Both the position numbers and the translations under genes were made by a program. A DNA stretch of 63,372 bases, the filler included, from Gemmatimonadota bacterium (GTDB lineage Bacteria > 4572-55 > J002), in the NCBI GenBank assembly GCA_003697105.1. It is 4 parts of 4 records of this genome, joined end to end, with 100 filler letters (N's around TTAATTAATTAA, not from the genome) between each part and the next. Parts side by side here need not be neighbours in the genome. Positions count along the whole stretch, not along the records: positions 1 to 10,419 come from RFFQ01000087.1; 3 more parts are not named here. One strand, written 5' to 3'. The notes below the pieces were generated by a model. It did no database searches and was not told the DNA's origin. It saw only the letters and a list, made by a program, of their open reading frames with translations. Shown piece after piece: positions 1 through 8,976 of this stretch (position 1 is its first letter; every line of letters starts with the position of its first letter).

Positions 1-680
1 AGCATACCGGGGTCAGCGGCGTTGATTTCCGTAAACCACCCATCTACCAGGCCGCCATCAAAGCTGATGTCGTCTGCGGTGATGCTGATCACGGCGGCAT
101 CGTAGGCAATTTCTGCTTCAAACGCGAAGACCCCATCTTCCCCGCACTCTTCGCTGACATAACCGGTCGTCAACGGCACGGTCACGGTGGTTTCCCCTTC
201 GGGAATAATGCCACTACCAGCGGTGACTTCAATGGGTTCGTCACAACCGCCACCGCCGCCTTGGACTTCAATGGAGCCGTCAATTGCGATGGAGGTGGGA
301 TCGCCTTCATTGTATTGGAAGGTCAGATCCAGCGTCGAGGTGCCAGCACCGACCGCTGTCCATGTCATGTTAAACAGCGTTCCTTCACCCACCAGCGGCT
401 GGGTATTGAAGCCGTTCACCACCAGCATACCGGGGTCAGCGGCGTTGATTTCCGTAAACCATCCATCTACCAGACCGCCATCAAAGCTGATGTCGTCTGC
501 GGTGATGCTGATCACGGCGGCATCGTAGGCAATTTCTGCTTCAAACGCAAAGACCCCATCTTCCCCGCATTCTTCGCTGACATAACCGGTCGTCAACGGC
601 ACGGTCACGGTGGTTTCCCCTTCAGGGATAATGCCACTACCGGCGGTGACTTCAATGGGTTCGTCACAACCGCCACCGCC
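1..680. repeat. Intragenic tandem repeat, 423-nt period (cohesin3/cohesin4)
   Basis: 1-257 matches 424-680 with 7 differences (positions 39, 51, 126, 147, 201, 204, 219), all third-codon positions of the minus-strand frame. Cohesins 1 and 2 form a looser pair with a 420-nt period. Confidence 0.95.
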
Positions 681-1844
681 ATCAGTGACGGTGATATAAT
701 CCACTTTGGTTTCGGTATCTTCTAAAGTACCATCGGAAACCGTCAAGCTGACCGTATAAACGCCGGAAACATCATAGGTATAGGTTGGGTTTTGCATCTC
801 AGAGTCGATAGTGCCGTCGTTATCAAAATCCCACTCCCATGAAGTGATCGGGTTGGAACCGGGCACTGACAGATCGGTGAAAGCCACTTGAAGCGGAGCA
901 TTGCCGGATAAGACATCCGCTTCAAAATCAGCGGAAGGGGGGGTATCACCACCAATAACCGTGATTTCACCGTCAATCGCGTTGGCTTCTGGGTCACCTT
1001 CATTGTAGGTAAAGGTTAAATCCAGTGCGGTTGTACCGCCGCTTTCACCCGTCCAGTTGATGGTGAAAAGCAAGCCTTCTCCGACCAGCGGTTGGGTGCT
1101 AAAGCCATTGACCACCAGCATTCCGGCGTTATCGGCATTGATTTCGGTAAACCAGCCATCCACCAGACCGTCATCAAAATCCACATCATCGCGGGTAACG
1201 GACAAAATATCTGCATCATAGGCAATTTCGGCTTCAAACGCGAAGACACCGTCTTCCCCGCAATCTTCGCTCACATACGCCGTGGTGACTTCTGACATGA
1301 ATGTTTGACCCGGTTCAGAGATGGTCCCGCCGCTAATTGCCACGTCAATGGGTTCATCGCAACCACCGACTTCACCTACTTGCACCGAACCATCGATAGC
1401 GATGGAGGTGGGATCGCCTTCGTTATAGGTAAAAGACATATCGAGGGCGGTTGTACCTTCCCCCACAGCGGTCCAGGTGATATTAAAGAGCAAGCCCTCG
1501 CCGACCAGCGGCTGGGTGCTAAAACCATTGACCACCAGCATTCCGGCGTTATCGGCATTGATTTCGGTAAACCAGCCATCAACCAACCCACCATCAAAAT
1601 CCACATCACCGCGTGCGACGGAAAGAATGGCGTTATCATAAGCGATCTCAGCTTCAAAGGCGAAGACCCCATCTTCCCCGCAATCTTCGCTGACGGGTCC
1701 TGTCGTAACCGGCGTGGTTAGGGTTTCCCCAACGTTCATAATGACGCCGCTACCGATGGTAACTTCAATCGGTTCATCACATTGGGCGTACCCCATTGAG
1801 GTTACGAACAGTAACGTAAAAAGTGAAAAGAATAAACGCTTCAC
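1..1844 (-). CDS. Secreted multi-cohesin scaffoldin-like protein, runs off the left edge: signal peptide - cohesin1 - cohesin2 - PKD - cohesin3 - cohesin4 (partial)
   Basis: Not in the ORF track; translated by hand from GTG at 1844 (SD AGGAGGA at 1852-1858): MKRLFFSLFTLLFVTSMGYA|QCDEPIEVTIGSG...GVFAFEAEIAYDNAILSV...GEGLLFNITWTAVGEGTTALDMSFTYNEG. Modules of about 140 aa start with CDEPI at 1781, 1361, 668 and 245. A PKD motif (APLQVAFTDLS...WEWDFDNDG...NPTYTYDVSGVYTVSLTV) lies at about 690-935. No stop codon before the edge. Confidence 0.88.
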   Translation of the reverse strand, partial: MKRLFFSLFTLLFVTSMGYAQCDEPIEVTIGSGVIMNVGETLTTPVTTGPVSEDCGEDGVFAFEAEIAYDNAILSVARGDVDFDGGLVDGWFTEINADNAGMLVVNGFSTQPLVGEGLLFNITWTAVGEGTTALDMSFTYNEGDPTSIAIDGSVQVGEVGGCDEPIDVAISGGTISEPGQTFMSEVTTAYVSEDCGEDGVFAFEAEIAYDADILSVTRDDVDFDDGLVDGWFTEINADNAGMLVVNGFSTQPLVGEGLLFTINWTGESGGTTALDLTFTYNEGDPEANAIDGEITVIGGDTPPSADFEADVLSGNAPLQVAFTDLSVPGSNPITSWEWDFDNDGTIDSEMQNPTYTYDVSGVYTVSLTVSDGTLEDTETKVDYITVTDGGGGCDEPIEVTAGSGIIPEGETTVTVPLTTGYVSEECGEDGVFAFEAEIAYDAAVISITADDISFDGGLVDGWFTEINAADPGMLVVNGFNTQPLVGEGTLFNMTWTAVGAGTSTLDLTFQYNEGDPTSIAIDGSIEVQGGGGGCDEPIEVTAGSGIIPEGETTVTVPLTTGYVSEECGEDGVFAFEAEIAYDAAVISITADDISFDGGLVDGWFTEINAADPGM

Positions 1845-1912
1845 AACAAAATCCTCCTAAATAAAGAAATGTGGTGCAAAAAAGACTAATCCATCAATAA
1901 TTTGAGCCGTGG

Positions 1913-2506
1913 TTAACGCCCGCTCGGTTCCCAATTTAATGTGACATCCCCAATCAAGATGCCGACAAAATTCACTTCGCGGTCTTCACCACCGGCAAGA
2001 CCCACTTCGATGGCTTCATTGGGTGAAAATGCCCAATCACCTGCCGGAAATTCGTCCAAAATACCGACCGAAAATTGTAAAATTCGGGCGGCATCAAACG
2101 GCGTAATATTACCATCACCGGTCACATCTGCCGCAATTTGTTGGTATTCATCCAAGTCGATCAATCCGGCTGAAAAACGAGCCGCATTTGCCGCATCAAA
2201 CGGACCAATGGCATCCCCTTGATCCCCAAATTTGGAAGGGGTAATGATGTAGTCCCCATCCGCCGCAGCGTCTAAGACATAGCTACCATCGGCATCGCTT
2301 TCCGCTTGGTCACTACACGCACCTTCAAACTCCAGTAACACCCCGGGAACACCAAAATCATTATCCGGGGTCATGACCATCCCATGGAACGCATTGGGTC
2401 CCGAGCATTCTCGTAAATCACCAACGGGACGATCCGCCGCAAACACAGAACCGGCAACAAAAAACACAAGAGTGAGTGTCAGCAAAGATAAAGTTTTGTA
2501 AGACAT
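1913..2506 (-). CDS. Small secreted dockerin-module protein (signal peptide, beta-sandwich, dockerin; no catalytic domain, no sorting domain)
   Basis: Signal peptide ending VFA. Duplicated dockerin helices IGPFDAANAARFSAG and ADVTGDGNITPFDAARILQFSVG (DxxxDGxI Ca-loop). Ends GDVTLNWEPSGR. SD AGGAG upstream. Confidence 0.82.
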   Translation of the reverse strand: MSYKTLSLLTLTLVFFVAGSVFAADRPVGDLRECSGPNAFHGMVMTPDNDFGVPGVLLEFEGACSDQAESDADGSYVLDAAADGDYIITPSKFGDQGDAIGPFDAANAARFSAGLIDLDEYQQIAADVTGDGNITPFDAARILQFSVGILDEFPAGDWAFSPNEAIEVGLAGGEDREVNFVGILIGDVTLNWEPSGR

Positions 2507-2545
2507 CGTGTGAGTCTCCTATAACTAAACGTAAAAAGTGAAAAA

Positions 2546-3352
2546 TTACCGTAACAACATTAATTTTTGATCACCAATTCGATCCGCATTGAGGCCCAAC
2601 TGTGCAATATATACCCCACTTGGGGCCAGTTGATCTGTTGTCGTGGTACCGTCCCAGCGAACGCGATAAGACCCAGCGGACTGAAATTGATCGACCAGCG
2701 TGGTTACTAATCGCCCCTTCAGATCAAAAATCGCTAGATGGACAATCCCCGGTGATGCAATCGCATAAGAAAGGGTGGTCTGCGGATTGAAGGGGTTGGG
2801 ATAATTTGGTTTCAGCACGGAAACCGGGGGGATGAAGGTGTATGGGGTTTCAGGATCAACGTGAATGGGTATGACACTCAAGCGGGGTGGGGGGATGGGG
2901 AGTTCAATCAGGGGGCTTCCTTCATTATAAATACATTCGATGATTATATCGGTCTCACCAAACGCAACGCCCGTCCAGGTGAACTCAAATAAGGTACCGC
3001 TACCCACCAAAGGCACTGTTGTGAACCCTACGACTGTAATTTCACTATCAGCTTGGCTATTTGCAAACCACGTCCACCCGTCGAGTAACTCGCCTGCAGA
3101 AACATCTTCCGGCGTAATGCTAACAATACGCTCATCGAAATAGAGTGTCGTGTGTATGGCAACAACCCCCGGCGGGTCTGAATCTCCACAATCGGCGGCA
3201 ACATATGCTGTGGTCAATTGAGTTGTAACCGTACCCCCCGGCTCGTCAATGGCGGCGTTTTCCATACCGATTGCGATGGGTTCATCACAAGCAAAGGCGC
3301 CCCTACCCACGCACAGCAATAACACTAAATATAAAACAAACAACTTGGACAT
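2546..3352 (-). CDS. Secreted single-cohesin protein with T9SS type A/FlgD-Ig-like C-terminal sorting domain
   Basis: Signal peptide, then CDEPI...DCG...GVVAIHTTLYFD...GSGTLFEFTWTG...YNEG, the same family as the scaffoldin modules. C-terminus NYPNPFNPQTT...IFDLKGRLV...WDG...SGVY...KLMLLR. Confidence 0.85.
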   Translation of the reverse strand: MSKLFVLYLVLLLCVGRGAFACDEPIAIGMENAAIDEPGGTVTTQLTTAYVAADCGDSDPPGVVAIHTTLYFDERIVSITPEDVSAGELLDGWTWFANSQADSEITVVGFTTVPLVGSGTLFEFTWTGVAFGETDIIIECIYNEGSPLIELPIPPPRLSVIPIHVDPETPYTFIPPVSVLKPNYPNPFNPQTTLSYAIASPGIVHLAIFDLKGRLVTTLVDQFQSAGSYRVRWDGTTTTDQLAPSGVYIAQLGLNADRIGDQKLMLLR

Positions 3353-3567
3353 AACGATAAGCGTATCTCCTGAAAATCCAATAAATTGAGGAAGGTAATT
3401 CGGAATTGAAATGCGAGAAAGGTATCATATATGGGGGGGCAATGTTTTGTGACACAGAAACACATCATTCTGTGCATGCTTTTGGGAAAAGTTCAATCCG
3501 GAATTGAAACGCGTTCGCAAAATAATATAACTGATTGTAAAACGCAAGCAGTTTTTAGCCAGATTCC

Positions 3568-3601
3568 GGTGTGTCCGGCGCTTCCCCGTGCCGGACACAC
3601 C
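3568..3601 (-). terminator. Stem-loop immediately after leuS
   Basis: GGTGTGTCCGGC-N10-GCCGGACACACC, a perfect 12-bp stem; no U-tract follows on the minus strand. Confidence 0.45.
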
Positions 3602-3606
3602 ATCCA

Positions 3607-6090
3607 TTATTTCACGACCAGATTGACCAGACGACGGGGCACATAAATGGATTTGATAATGCGTTTACCGGTGGTGTACTTCTGAATTTTTTCGCTGGAG
3701 GTTGCCAGTTCTAATGCTTGATCTTTCGTCACATCTGCCGGCACCGTTAGATCATCTCGTTTTTTTCCATTCACCTGTACGACCAGCGTTATCGTATTTT
3801 CCTTTGCCCAATCGGGGTTGTGACCTAGCCAAGCTTGCTGGTGAATGCTGTACGCCCCCCCGATATGATGCCAGATTTCCTCCGCCATATAGGGGGCAAA
3901 GGGTGCCATCAAATGGATTAAAATTCGGCAACTTTCGCGGTACACATCTGTGATACCGTGTCGGTCTTTATAGGGGGTCAGCACATTCACCAACTCCATC
4001 AGGGCGGCGATTGCGGTGTTAAATTGCATCCGTTCGATATCAAATGTCACTTTTTCGATAGTTTGGTGGGCTTTGCGCATCACCGCTTTATCCTCAGCGG
4101 AGAGGCGGTCAAAATCGATTGGAATGGGTTGTGTCGAAAACTGATCCCAATGTTCATCAAACAGACGCCAAACTCGTCGAGCAAAGCGATCTACGCCAGC
4201 AATAGAAGCCTCGCTCCAACTGACTTCATAATCAAATGGGGCTAAAAACATCAGGTACATCCGCAAGACATCAACGCTGTATTCTTCTGCGACTTCATCT
4301 GGGGTAATTACGTTATTTTTGGATTTAGACATTTTGCCACCATCCTCCGCCAGCAACATCCCCTGATTCCGCAAAGCAGCGAACGGTTCACCAAACGAGA
4401 CCAAACCGGCATCTTGCATCACTTTTGTCCAAAAGCGGGCATATAACAGGTGCATTACGGCATGTTCTGCCCCGCCGACATACAAATCGACGGGTAGCCA
4501 GTACTCGACGGTCTCCCGGTCAAACGGGGCGGTGTCCAGGCGAGGGTTCGGGAAGCGTAAAAAATACCACGAAGAGCAGGCAAACCCGTCCATTGTGTCC
4601 GTCTCCCGCGTGGCATGCCCCCCACACTGGGGACAGGTGGTGTTGACGAAGCTCTCTACCCGAGCCAAAGGCGATTTTCCGTCGCCTGCCGGCGTAAAAT
4701 CGACATCCTCCGGGAGCAACACCGGTAGTTGATCTTCCGGTACGGGTTGTTCCCCGCAGGACTCACATAATACCACCGGAATTGGTGCACCCCAATAGCG
4801 TTGGCGTGAAATTAACCAATCCCGCATTTTATAATTGACCGTACGCTTTCCACGACCTTCGGCTTCCAACCAATCACAAATTTTTTCATAAAATTCCCGG
4901 TTGGGCAGCCCGTTGTATTCTTCGGAGCAGTTCACCATTGTCCCATCCCCGGTGTATGCCTGACCTTCAACCACGGCGTCAGGATTTTCGGGTTCGATGA
5001 TCTTCCGAATTTCGATTCCATATTTTTGTGCAAATTCATAATCCCGCTGGTCGCCATACGGCACACACATAATCGCCCCGGTGCCATAGCCCATCAATAC
5101 ATAATCAGCAATCCAGATCGGTATTTTTTCATCATTCACCGGATTGATGGCATACGCGCCGGTAAAGACCCCCGTTTTTTCCTTTTCCGTGCTCATCCGG
5201 TCAATCTCGGATTCCGTGCGGGCTTTTTGGATGTACGCTTCCACTTCAGCCCGGCGGTCTGCGGTGGTGAGTTCGGGCACGAGAGGGTGTTCTGGAGCCA
5301 ACACCATAAAGGTTGCACCGAAGAGTGTGTCCGGGCGCGTTGTAAAGACTTCAATCGGCACACCGTTTTTTGCCATAAACGTTACTTGTGCCCCCGTGGA
5401 ACGTCCAATCCAGTTGCGTTGCATGATTTTAATCGGCTCGGGCCAATCTAGCTCGTCTAGGTCGTTCAACAACCGCTCCGCGTAGGCGGTAATCTTAAAA
5501 AACCATTGTTCCAACGGTTTTTTGGTTACCGGTGTATTTTCATGCCGCCAACAACAGCCATTGATAACCTGCTCATTTGCCAGTACCGATTCGCATCGAT
5601 CACACCACCACTGCTCGGATTTTTTACGATATGCCAAGCCTCGTTTATACAACAGCAGAAAGAACCATTGGGTCCATTTGTAATAATCGGGATGGGTACT
5701 GTTGATTTCCCGATCCCAATCATAGGAGGCGCCGATCAATTGCAACTGGCGGCGATAGGTAGCGGCGTTTTTTCGGGTGGTCTCTGCAGGGTGAACACCC
5801 ATTTGAATGGCGTAATTTTCCGCCGGAAAGCCGAACGCATCCCAACCCATCGGGTGCAAAACGTTGTAACCGCGCATCCGGTAATAGCGGGCAATGACAT
5901 CCGTTGGTATGTAGTTACGGCAATGTCCGACACTGAGTCCCGACCCAGAGGGGTACGGGAAAAAATCCAAACAATAAAATTTGGGTTTATCAGACACATC
6001 ATCCGTTTTGTAGATTTTGCTATCTAACCACTTTTGACGCCATTTCGGCTCGTACTCGTGAGGATTGTAAGAGACTTGCATCAGTTTCAC
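3607..6090 (-). CDS. leuS: Leucine--tRNA ligase
   Basis: FPYPSG..SVGH (HIGH-equivalent), GWDAFG, editing domain TTRPDT/GTGA, WLISRQRYWG, KMSKS, C-terminal QVNGK. Confidence 0.97.
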   Translation of the reverse strand: MKLMQVSYNPHEYEPKWRQKWLDSKIYKTDDVSDKPKFYCLDFFPYPSGSGLSVGHCRNYIPTDVIARYYRMRGYNVLHPMGWDAFGFPAENYAIQMGVHPAETTRKNAATYRRQLQLIGASYDWDREINSTHPDYYKWTQWFFLLLYKRGLAYRKKSEQWWCDRCESVLANEQVINGCCWRHENTPVTKKPLEQWFFKITAYAERLLNDLDELDWPEPIKIMQRNWIGRSTGAQVTFMAKNGVPIEVFTTRPDTLFGATFMVLAPEHPLVPELTTADRRAEVEAYIQKARTESEIDRMSTEKEKTGVFTGAYAINPVNDEKIPIWIADYVLMGYGTGAIMCVPYGDQRDYEFAQKYGIEIRKIIEPENPDAVVEGQAYTGDGTMVNCSEEYNGLPNREFYEKICDWLEAEGRGKRTVNYKMRDWLISRQRYWGAPIPVVLCESCGEQPVPEDQLPVLLPEDVDFTPAGDGKSPLARVESFVNTTCPQCGGHATRETDTMDGFACSSWYFLRFPNPRLDTAPFDRETVEYWLPVDLYVGGAEHAVMHLLYARFWTKVMQDAGLVSFGEPFAALRNQGMLLAEDGGKMSKSKNNVITPDEVAEEYSVDVLRMYLMFLAPFDYEVSWSEASIAGVDRFARRVWRLFDEHWDQFSTQPIPIDFDRLSAEDKAVMRKAHQTIEKVTFDIERMQFNTAIAALMELVNVLTPYKDRHGITDVYRESCRILIHLMAPFAPYMAEEIWHHIGGAYSIHQQAWLGHNPDWAKENTITLVVQVNGKKRDDLTVPADVTKDQALELATSSEKIQKYTTGKRIIKSIYVPRRLVNLVVK

Positions 6091-6259
6091 GGTCCTTCTG
6101 AAAATAGTTTGAGATTCAACTTGAAAAATCGATCCGGTATCGATGGGGTCTTTGCAAAGATCAGAACATACATCATTTTATAGAGGGACGCAATAATTTT
6201 TGCGGAGCGACAAAAGCTGTCCCGTGTCGTCATGGGTATCCGCGAATCATTTCGTCAAA

Positions 6260-8968
6260 CTAGCCGATCAGACTTTCCACAGTGGAAAGCAAATTGGACT
6301 GTTCAAATGAACTTTTGACGATGTACGCATCCGCACCGACTTCGATCCCGCGCTGTTTATCCGCTTCCGTATCCAGCGAGGTTACAATGATGATCGGTGT
6401 GTGGCGGTAGCGTTCCAGTTGGCGGAGTTTAGCGGTCAAATCGAAGCCGTTTAGGCGAGGCATTTCCACATCGGTCACGATCAGGTCGAACTCGGTTTTT
6501 TGGCACTTGTCATACCCTTCCTGCCCATCGCGGGCGGTATCCACGTCATAGCCGTAGGCTTCCAGTACGCTTTTTTCGATCTCGCGGGTATTCAGGGAAT
6601 CATCCACTACCAGAATCCGCGGGGTGTGGTGTTGGGTCACGGGAACGCTTTTTTTACGACGCCGGGCTAGGGAGGTATGGCTGGTTTTGATTAAATCCGG
6701 TACATGCAGAATGCTAACCACCTCATTGGTACTGGTCACCGTCACGCCAGAGATATTGGGAATACGTCCGAGATGGTCTGGAATAGACTTGACGACGACA
6801 TCCTCTTCATCAATGATGTCATCGACAACTAACCCAATTTGGTCTTCACCGGCATAGGCTAAAACAACGGTTAAATGATTGTCATCGCGGGGGACACCTT
6901 CTTCAGGTAGTTGAAGCAAATCTGCCAGATGTGTTAACGGGATGATCTGATTGTCCAACCGGAAGGCATCGCGATCGACAATCTGAATCACCTCTTCTAA
7001 TGCAATCCGCAAGGTTAACCGAATCGAGGTGATCGGGATGGCAAAGCGCATCTTCCCGGACTTAATGAAGAGTACCCGCAACATGGTCAGTGTCAGGGGT
7101 AGGGTAATGCGGAACATCGTACCTTTACCTTCATCGCTGATAATGCTAATAGTACCTTTTAGCTCCTCAATATACGTACGGACGACGTCCATCCCGACGC
7201 CCCGCCCTGAAACATCAGTGATGATAGGAGTGGTCGTCAGTCCGGGCAAAAAAATCAGTTGGCGAAGGTCATTTTCTTTCATCTGATCCGCTTCTTCCGG
7301 TGTGATGAATCCTCGCTTGAGTGCCTTTTCCCGGATCGCGGCACTGTTGATGCCTTTGCCGTCATCTTCAATCTCGAGCACAATCGATCCACTTTCGTAG
7401 TATGCCCCGATGCGCAGGATGCCGGTAGCATCTTTGCCCGCCCGTAACCGGTCTGCTGGCAGTTCAATGCCATGGTCAATCGCATTGCGGATAAGGTGAA
7501 TCAGCGGGTCATTTAATTTTTCGATGATCTTTTTGTCTAATTCGGTTTCCTCTCCTTCAATCACCAACCGGACTTGTTTACCCAATGTTTTTGCCAGATC
7601 ACGCACGGCGCGGGGATATTTATCAAAAATAGTCGAAATGGGCTGCATCCGCAAATTGAGCGTATTCTCCTGCAAGTCACTAATAATATTGTTGAGTCGC
7701 GCCACCTGGTCTCGAGACTGTTTAAAGAGAGTGTCAATTCGGGTAGCCAGATGCAGGAGTTGGGAATTTGGTTCGGGGATGTCTTGCAAATAGCGTCGCA
7801 TGAGCAAGCGGATCGTGCGGAGTTCATCCTGCTGGTATGCGATCTGCCCCTGGCTGACCAGCAACTCCCCCGCTAACTTGATGGTGTGATCCAATTTATC
7901 CGTACTGACCCGAATGGTCTCAACGATCTGGACGTTCTGCGAGGTGGTGTTGGATGGGGTTGGTGGCTTTTCTGGTTCCGGTTGCGGTCTGGCGGTGGGT
8001 TGTGCGGCAGATGGTAAAGGGGTTTCCGCCGGTTTGGGCACAACCGGTGGCGCAGATTCCATCTGCGGTAGGTGAAACGGTTCACCATTGACGGCTTGCT
8101 CCAAAGCCTCCGTCAGGGGGGATACATCGGCGTCCGCTTCTGTACCGGCACTCACTCGATCTACAAGTTCCTGAATGGTGTCTAATCCCATGAAGAGCAG
8201 TTCGCAAACCGGTTCGGTGGCGTCGATCTGTTTGGTTTTAATTGCACCGAGCACATCTTCCATTTTATGCGCCACGGCTCCGATGTTACGAAAAGAGAGC
8301 ATCCGAGCCGACCCTTTCAGGGTATGCGCCGAGCGAAAAATCTCGGTCAGATTTTCCATATCATCCGGTGCCTTTTCGAGCCGGAGCAAACCCTCATTCA
8401 ATTTTTGGATTATTTCTTGAGCTTCGGTGATAAACCGGCCGGTGAAGACCGATGTATCAAATGTTTTTTTGGGAGCCGGTACGCTTGAGGGTGACGCCGC
8501 GGGCTCTGGCGGCAGTTGGGAAGGCGGTGATGCGTTCGCCACTGGTGGCACAACGTCTGGGGTTAGCGGCGAGGGTACTTCTCCGGCGGCGGTTTGTTCC
8601 AGCAGGTCAATCAGATAGGTCACGTCGGCGTCATCAGTGCCGGTCGTCTTCACCTGATCGACTAATGCCGCGATGCGATCCAAACCTTGAAACAGCACAT
8701 CAAGCCGTTCAGGGGTTGCCGCGAAGGTCTGATTTTTGAGGGCACCGAGGACATCCTCCATTTTGTGGGCTAGCGTGCCAATATGTTTAAACCCGATCAT
8801 GCGGGATGAACCTTTTAAGGTATGCGCAAACCGGAAAATTTCGGTCAGATTTTCAGCGTCATCCGGGGCGGATTCCAATTTAAGAAAGCCTTCGTTTAAC
8901 TTTTGAATCAATTCGGTGGCTTCTTCCACAAATTTTCCGATGAAGATGGATTTATCAAACGCTTTCAT
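6260..8968 (-). CDS. cheA: Hybrid chemotaxis-like histidine kinase (2x Hpt, dimerisation, HATPase, CheW, REC)
   Basis: Two AHTLKGS Hpt motifs, HLIRNAIDHG, GRGVGMDVV, CheW-like region, C-terminal receiver (VVDD...TDVEMP...K). Confidence 0.93.
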   Translation of the reverse strand: MKAFDKSIFIGKFVEEATELIQKLNEGFLKLESAPDDAENLTEIFRFAHTLKGSSRMIGFKHIGTLAHKMEDVLGALKNQTFAATPERLDVLFQGLDRIAALVDQVKTTGTDDADVTYLIDLLEQTAAGEVPSPLTPDVVPPVANASPPSQLPPEPAASPSSVPAPKKTFDTSVFTGRFITEAQEIIQKLNEGLLRLEKAPDDMENLTEIFRSAHTLKGSARMLSFRNIGAVAHKMEDVLGAIKTKQIDATEPVCELLFMGLDTIQELVDRVSAGTEADADVSPLTEALEQAVNGEPFHLPQMESAPPVVPKPAETPLPSAAQPTARPQPEPEKPPTPSNTTSQNVQIVETIRVSTDKLDHTIKLAGELLVSQGQIAYQQDELRTIRLLMRRYLQDIPEPNSQLLHLATRIDTLFKQSRDQVARLNNIISDLQENTLNLRMQPISTIFDKYPRAVRDLAKTLGKQVRLVIEGEETELDKKIIEKLNDPLIHLIRNAIDHGIELPADRLRAGKDATGILRIGAYYESGSIVLEIEDDGKGINSAAIREKALKRGFITPEEADQMKENDLRQLIFLPGLTTTPIITDVSGRGVGMDVVRTYIEELKGTISIISDEGKGTMFRITLPLTLTMLRVLFIKSGKMRFAIPITSIRLTLRIALEEVIQIVDRDAFRLDNQIIPLTHLADLLQLPEEGVPRDDNHLTVVLAYAGEDQIGLVVDDIIDEEDVVVKSIPDHLGRIPNISGVTVTSTNEVVSILHVPDLIKTSHTSLARRRKKSVPVTQHHTPRILVVDDSLNTREIEKSVLEAYGYDVDTARDGQEGYDKCQKTEFDLIVTDVEMPRLNGFDLTAKLRQLERYRHTPIIIVTSLDTEADKQRGIEVGADAYIVKSSFEQSNLLSTVESLIG

Positions 8969-8976
8969 TGGCTAAC

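Noticed and set aside
187-1721. Track ORFs 187-528, 261-725, 743-1003, 1016-1249, 1092-1295, 1305-1721, 1376-1672
   Set aside because: Antisense or off-frame shadows of the scaffoldin; the repeat differences are silent only in the long minus frame.
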